Source: a bacterium
GTDB lineage: Bacteria > Patescibacteriota > Dojkabacteria > JAOAGR01 > JBAXGO01
Length of the DNA stretch: 64,000 bases
Assembly: GCA_037139335.1 (NCBI GenBank)
Contig: JBAXGO010000001.1
Span: 4,503-68,502 of the forward strand
Direction of reading: 5' to 3'
The notes under the pieces were generated by a model. That model was not told the origin of the DNA, searched no databases, and saw nothing but the letters and a program-made list of their open reading frames with translations. The position numbers and the translations under genes were made by a program. Shown in pieces: positions 60,803-64,000 of this stretch. How positions within the stretch are numbered: the stretch's first letter is position 1; each line of letters starts with the position of its first letter.

Positions 60803-61834
60803 TTAAATCTCGTTTTCTTCTTTGGATAATTCAATATTAATTTTCATCAGAATTTCTTTGATTTCGCCTTGCATAAATTTATTAATATTGGAGAAATCAA
60901 GCTTAACTCTATGGTCTGTTATTCTATCTTGTAGGTAATTATATGTTCTAATTTTTTCTGATCTATCTGAATTTTGTATCTGTTTATTTCTCAAATCTGT
61001 TATGCTCTTGTTGCTTTGTTTACTTGCAATATCTTCTAGTCTAGCAAGTAAAACTTTCATTGCCATCTCCTTGTTTTTTATTTGTGACTTCGTATTTTGA
61101 CATGTTACTACTAGGCCTGAGGGAAGATGTGTTAATCTAACTGCAGAATCTGTTGTATTTACGCTTTGCCCTCCATGTCCTGAAGATCTATATACGTCAG
61201 TTCTTATATCGGCAGGGTTTATTTGTACATTACTTTTTTCGACTATTGGGAGTATTGCAATCGATATTGTGGATGTATGTATTCTTCCTGATGATTCTGT
61301 TTTTGGAACTCTTTGGACTCTATGTACGCCACCTTCGTTTTTGAAATAATCGTAAACTGACTTTCCGTTAACCTCGAAAATAATAGTTGAATATCCACCC
61401 GAATCTGCCCCAGATAGTTCTATTATTTCAATATTTGCTTTTTCGTTTAAAATGAATTTTGTATATGCGCTAAAAATATCTTTACAGAAGAGTGATGCTT
61501 CTTCTCCCCCGGCTCCAGCTCTTATTTCTACAATGAAGTTCGATACCGAGGGATTATTTATATCATATAGCATTTGTCTGATCGTATTGCTTAATGCTTC
61601 GAATTCGTCTACGTTAGATCGTAAAAAACTCGAATCGTAGTCTTGAGGGTTGGCTTTTATGTATTCAATATCATTATATAGCTGTTTTTGTTTAGAGAGT
61701 AGGGGATAGAATTTCACTGACATAGAAAAATCCTCAGCCTCAGATTCTGATAGTCTGAGGCCTTGGGATATTTTCTTATTATATTTTTCTATCTTATTAG
61801 TTATAGAATCTAATAAGATTTTATTGTTTGTCAC
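60803..61834 (-). CDS. prfA: Peptide chain release factor 1
   Basis: GGQ motif (SGHGGQSVNTTDSAVR) and the PxT tripeptide (PKT) in the codon-recognition region. Confidence 0.85.
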   Translation of the reverse strand: MTNNKILLDSITNKIEKYNKKISQGLRLSESEAEDFSMSVKFYPLLSKQKQLYNDIEYIKANPQDYDSSFLRSNVDEFEALSNTIRQMLYDINNPSVSNFIVEIRAGAGGEEASLFCKDIFSAYTKFILNEKANIEIIELSGADSGGYSTIIFEVNGKSVYDYFKNEGGVHRVQRVPKTESSGRIHTSTISIAILPIVEKSNVQINPADIRTDVYRSSGHGGQSVNTTDSAVRLTHLPSGLVVTCQNTKSQIKNKEMAMKVLLARLEDIASKQSNKSITDLRNKQIQNSDRSEKIRTYNYLQDRITDHRVKLDFSNINKFMQGEIKEILMKINIELSKEENEI

Positions 61835-62165
61835 CTTGTTTTAATAATTTCATCATATCCTTCAATGTCATAGGAGCATTTGAAGAGTTAGATGCATTTG
61901 ATGCTTCTACTTTCTTAGCTTTTTCTGCTTTTTGAGCAGCTATCTTTTGTTGAAGAACCTTTGCAGCCTGTTGTCTCTTTTCGAAATCCTTGGCTTTATT
62001 AGCAATGTCGACAATTTTTTGTGTACCCGTAAAAAACGGATGACACTTGTAACAGACATCTACCATAAAACTGTCTGTATTCGTTGACCCTACTGTAAAC
62101 TGGTTTTTACAACCGTTACAGATTATGGTCATTTGGTAGTATTTTGGGTGTATAGAACTTTTCAT
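61821..62165 (-). CDS. rpmE: 50S ribosomal protein L31 (Zn-ribbon type) with a K/A-rich C-terminal extension
   Basis: IHPKYY...CNGC...CYKCHPFFTG followed by a ~45-aa lysine/alanine-rich tail. Confidence 0.85.
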   Translation of the reverse strand: MKSSIHPKYYQMTIICNGCKNQFTVGSTNTDSFMVDVCYKCHPFFTGTQKIVDIANKAKDFEKRQQAAKVLQQKIAAQKAEKAKKVEASNASNSSNAPMTLKDMMKLLKQGDKQ

Positions 62166-62206
62166 AATATTCGTGTAAACTCAAGGCATTATATGATTTT
62201 TATTCT

Positions 62207-62443
62207 ATGAATGCAAGGAAAAAAGAGTCAAAGCAGCAACTGATAAATAGGATTCACAGGCTCAAAGGACAGTTGGAGGCTGTGGAACGCATGATTGACT
62301 CAGAAGAGGATCCCAAGGAGGTTCTGGTTCAATTGCAAGCTTGTATTAGTGCAATAAATGGTGTAAAAAACAATTATTCGAAATATCTTATCTTAAACTC
62401 TTCTCTAGGTGATATCCGTGAAGTAGTTGACTTATTAACATAA
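62207..62443 (+). CDS. Metal-sensing transcriptional repressor, CsoR/RcnR/FrmR family
   Basis: LINRIHRLKGQLEAVERMI...VLVQLQACISAINGV matches the DUF156 pattern, including the conserved Cys. Confidence 0.7.
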   Translation: MNARKKESKQQLINRIHRLKGQLEAVERMIDSEEDPKEVLVQLQACISAINGVKNNYSKYLILNSSLGDIREVVDLLT

Positions 62444-62448
62444 AAAAT

Positions 62449-62943
62449 ATGGTTATATCAAAGCAAAAAAATATTGTTATTTCATATGATAACGGTGGTG
62501 TCATAACTAATAGTGAGTTATATGACTCAAGTAAATATATTTGTCTTAGCCTGAATGGCGATATAAAGTCCACTAAGGGGATTTTGTCTATTATAAATCC
62601 GGGTGAGTATGAATATATGGGGATTCTGATTAAGGTCACACAAAATAAAAATACTTTTATTTCGTCTGAAGGTATTAAAATTTGTATAGTGGGAGATGAT
62701 TCATTGCTTATTAAGGAAGATGGAATTAATAATGTCGACATAATTATCCTTGATGCAATCAAAGGGAAAAAATATTCTCAAGAAGATATTTTGGCAATTC
62801 AAAAAGCGATACAACCAAAAATTATTGTTGCAAATTCCCACACTGCTGACGAAAATATCGCCAATGCTGAGAAAATCAATAAAATTAAAATGAAGAGTTC
62901 TGAGCTCGATGCTATTGTAGATACTAAATTATATATTCTCTGA
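62449..62943 (+). CDS. Hypothetical protein downstream of the CsoR-like repressor
   Basis: 164-aa ORF with no motif recognised. It is probably co-transcribed with the repressor. Confidence 0.45.
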   Translation: MVISKQKNIVISYDNGGVITNSELYDSSKYICLSLNGDIKSTKGILSIINPGEYEYMGILIKVTQNKNTFISSEGIKICIVGDDSLLIKEDGINNVDIIILDAIKGKKYSQEDILAIQKAIQPKIIVANSHTADENIANAEKINKIKMKSSELDAIVDTKLYIL

Positions 62944-62948
62944 TTGTT

Positions 62949-64000
62949 ATGGATGAGCTTATCAAATTCGACTTTGAAGCCGAAAAATACGTTGCCGCTT
63001 CTGCGCTCATTGATAAAGAGGCGCTGATGGATGCTGTCGATATACTCAAGCCTACTGATTTTCTTGATTTAAAAAATAAGGAAATATATTTTTCCATATT
63101 TAATCTTTTTCAAAAGGATGTTCCTGTTGATTACCTTACAGTTCTAGCAGATCTTAGGAAGCGAAAGGTATTAGCTAAGGTTGGTAGCCAGTATTTGGCG
63201 GATTTGTCTGTTTTGTTACCGACATCTAAAAACGCTAAACATTATGCTAACATTGTAAGAGAATGTAGTATTAGAAGGCAGCTAAACGATTTATCGGCAT
63301 CACTAGCAAATGATAGTAAAGATCCTTCGTTATTGCCACAAGACTTGTTGGAAAGAGCCGAAAAATTAATATTTGAATTAGCTAAAAATAATTCAGATAA
63401 AGGCTTTAAAAGTATAAAAGATCTTTTTATGTCTGCTTATGAAAGAGTAGAGATGTTATCAAAAAACCCAGACTTAATTAGAGGTATACCTACAGGTTTC
63501 GTTGATTTAGATAAAATTCTTGGTGGTATTCATCAATCTGACTTTGTTGTTGTTGGTGCCAGACCTGGTGTGGGTAAGACTGCATTGATGTTGAATATTG
63601 CATCTAATATGGCCGCAAAAGGTAAAAGAAAGGTTGGGTTTTTTTCATTAGAAATGTCGCAAGATCAACTCGTAGATAGAATTATTTCTATGAGAGGAAA
63701 AATCGATTTTTGGAAGATTAGGACTGGCAAAGTAGATAATGATGCTTGGGCAGCGATGTCTGATGTATTTGGTATGTTTGAGGATGGTGACGTGCTTATT
63801 GATGATACGCCTGGTTTGACTATTAGTGATATTAGAACTAAAGCTAGAAAAATGAAACTTGAAAATGGTTTAGATGCTTTATTTATTGATTATTTACAGT
63901 TAATCATTGGAAGTAGCGCTCATAGAGATAGCAATAGGGCTCAGGAAGTTGCTGAAATATCTAGATCCTTGAAAAATCTTGCAAGAGAGCTTAATATACC
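62949..64000 (+). CDS. dnaB: Replicative DNA helicase DnaB, N-terminal part. The 3' end lies outside the window.
   Basis: DnaB N-terminal domain and Walker A (GARPGVGKTA). The ORF is open to the window end. Confidence 0.9.
   Translation, partial: MDELIKFDFEAEKYVAASALIDKEALMDAVDILKPTDFLDLKNKEIYFSIFNLFQKDVPVDYLTVLADLRKRKVLAKVGSQYLADLSVLLPTSKNAKHYANIVRECSIRRQLNDLSASLANDSKDPSLLPQDLLERAEKLIFELAKNNSDKGFKSIKDLFMSAYERVEMLSKNPDLIRGIPTGFVDLDKILGGIHQSDFVVVGARPGVGKTALMLNIASNMAAKGKRKVGFFSLEMSQDQLVDRIISMRGKIDFWKIRTGKVDNDAWAAMSDVFGMFEDGDVLIDDTPGLTISDIRTKARKMKLENGLDALFIDYLQLIIGSSAHRDSNRAQEVAEISRSLKNLARELNI

Overview
This is a low-GC bacterial chromosomal window of 64 kb with small proteins and reduced operons. 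I infer a small-genome lineage of the Patescibacteria/CPR type, but that is not proven. Genes end on TAA, TGA and TAG, so the standard genetic code applies. Most of the window is core machinery. It begins with the 3' end of pnp and continues with ftsH, a NUDIX gene, a DnaQ-like exonuclease and polA. Next come a leaderless mnmA and a 16S rRNA gene followed by tRNA-Ile and tRNA-Ala. A 23S-5S unit is transcribed separately about 3.4 kb downstream. The following block holds rpsA, clpC, rho, a LysM/M23 peptidase, a cyclophilin, comEA, comEC and ndk. A minus-strand cluster secE-nusG-rplK-rplA-rplJ-rplL is preceded by tRNA-Thr/Thr/Trp. The rest comprises rpmB, mreBCD, PBP2, dprA, rpsB-tsf-frr-rseP, rpsU-ybeY, dnaX-ybaB-recR, rpsF-ssb-rpsR, ctpA, an AI-2E transporter, prfA, rpmE, a CsoR-like repressor and the 5' end of dnaB. 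Nine tRNA genes are present. The most unusual part is the first 8 kb. Six tandem paralogous genes (1144-4865), arranged as three divergent pairs, encode small secreted two-transmembrane proteins with a TrbC/VirB2-like pilin architecture. Four of them carry cysteine-containing C-terminal extension domains of about 100 aa. They are followed by a 615-aa SMC/SbcC-like coiled-coil protein with degenerate ATPase motifs and a transmembrane hairpin where a hinge would normally sit, and then by a convergent Xer-type tyrosine recombinase. No VirB4 or VirD4 ATPase lies in the window. Other notable points are protein-coding genes embedded between 16S and tRNA-Ile, an intrinsic terminator after tRNA-Ala that uncouples the 23S-5S unit, and a long structured rho leader with a consensus sigma70 promoter and an internal terminator-like hairpin. 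There is also a divergent second MreB paralog facing a 442-aa membrane protein. No CRISPR array, transposase or rRNA intron was seen.
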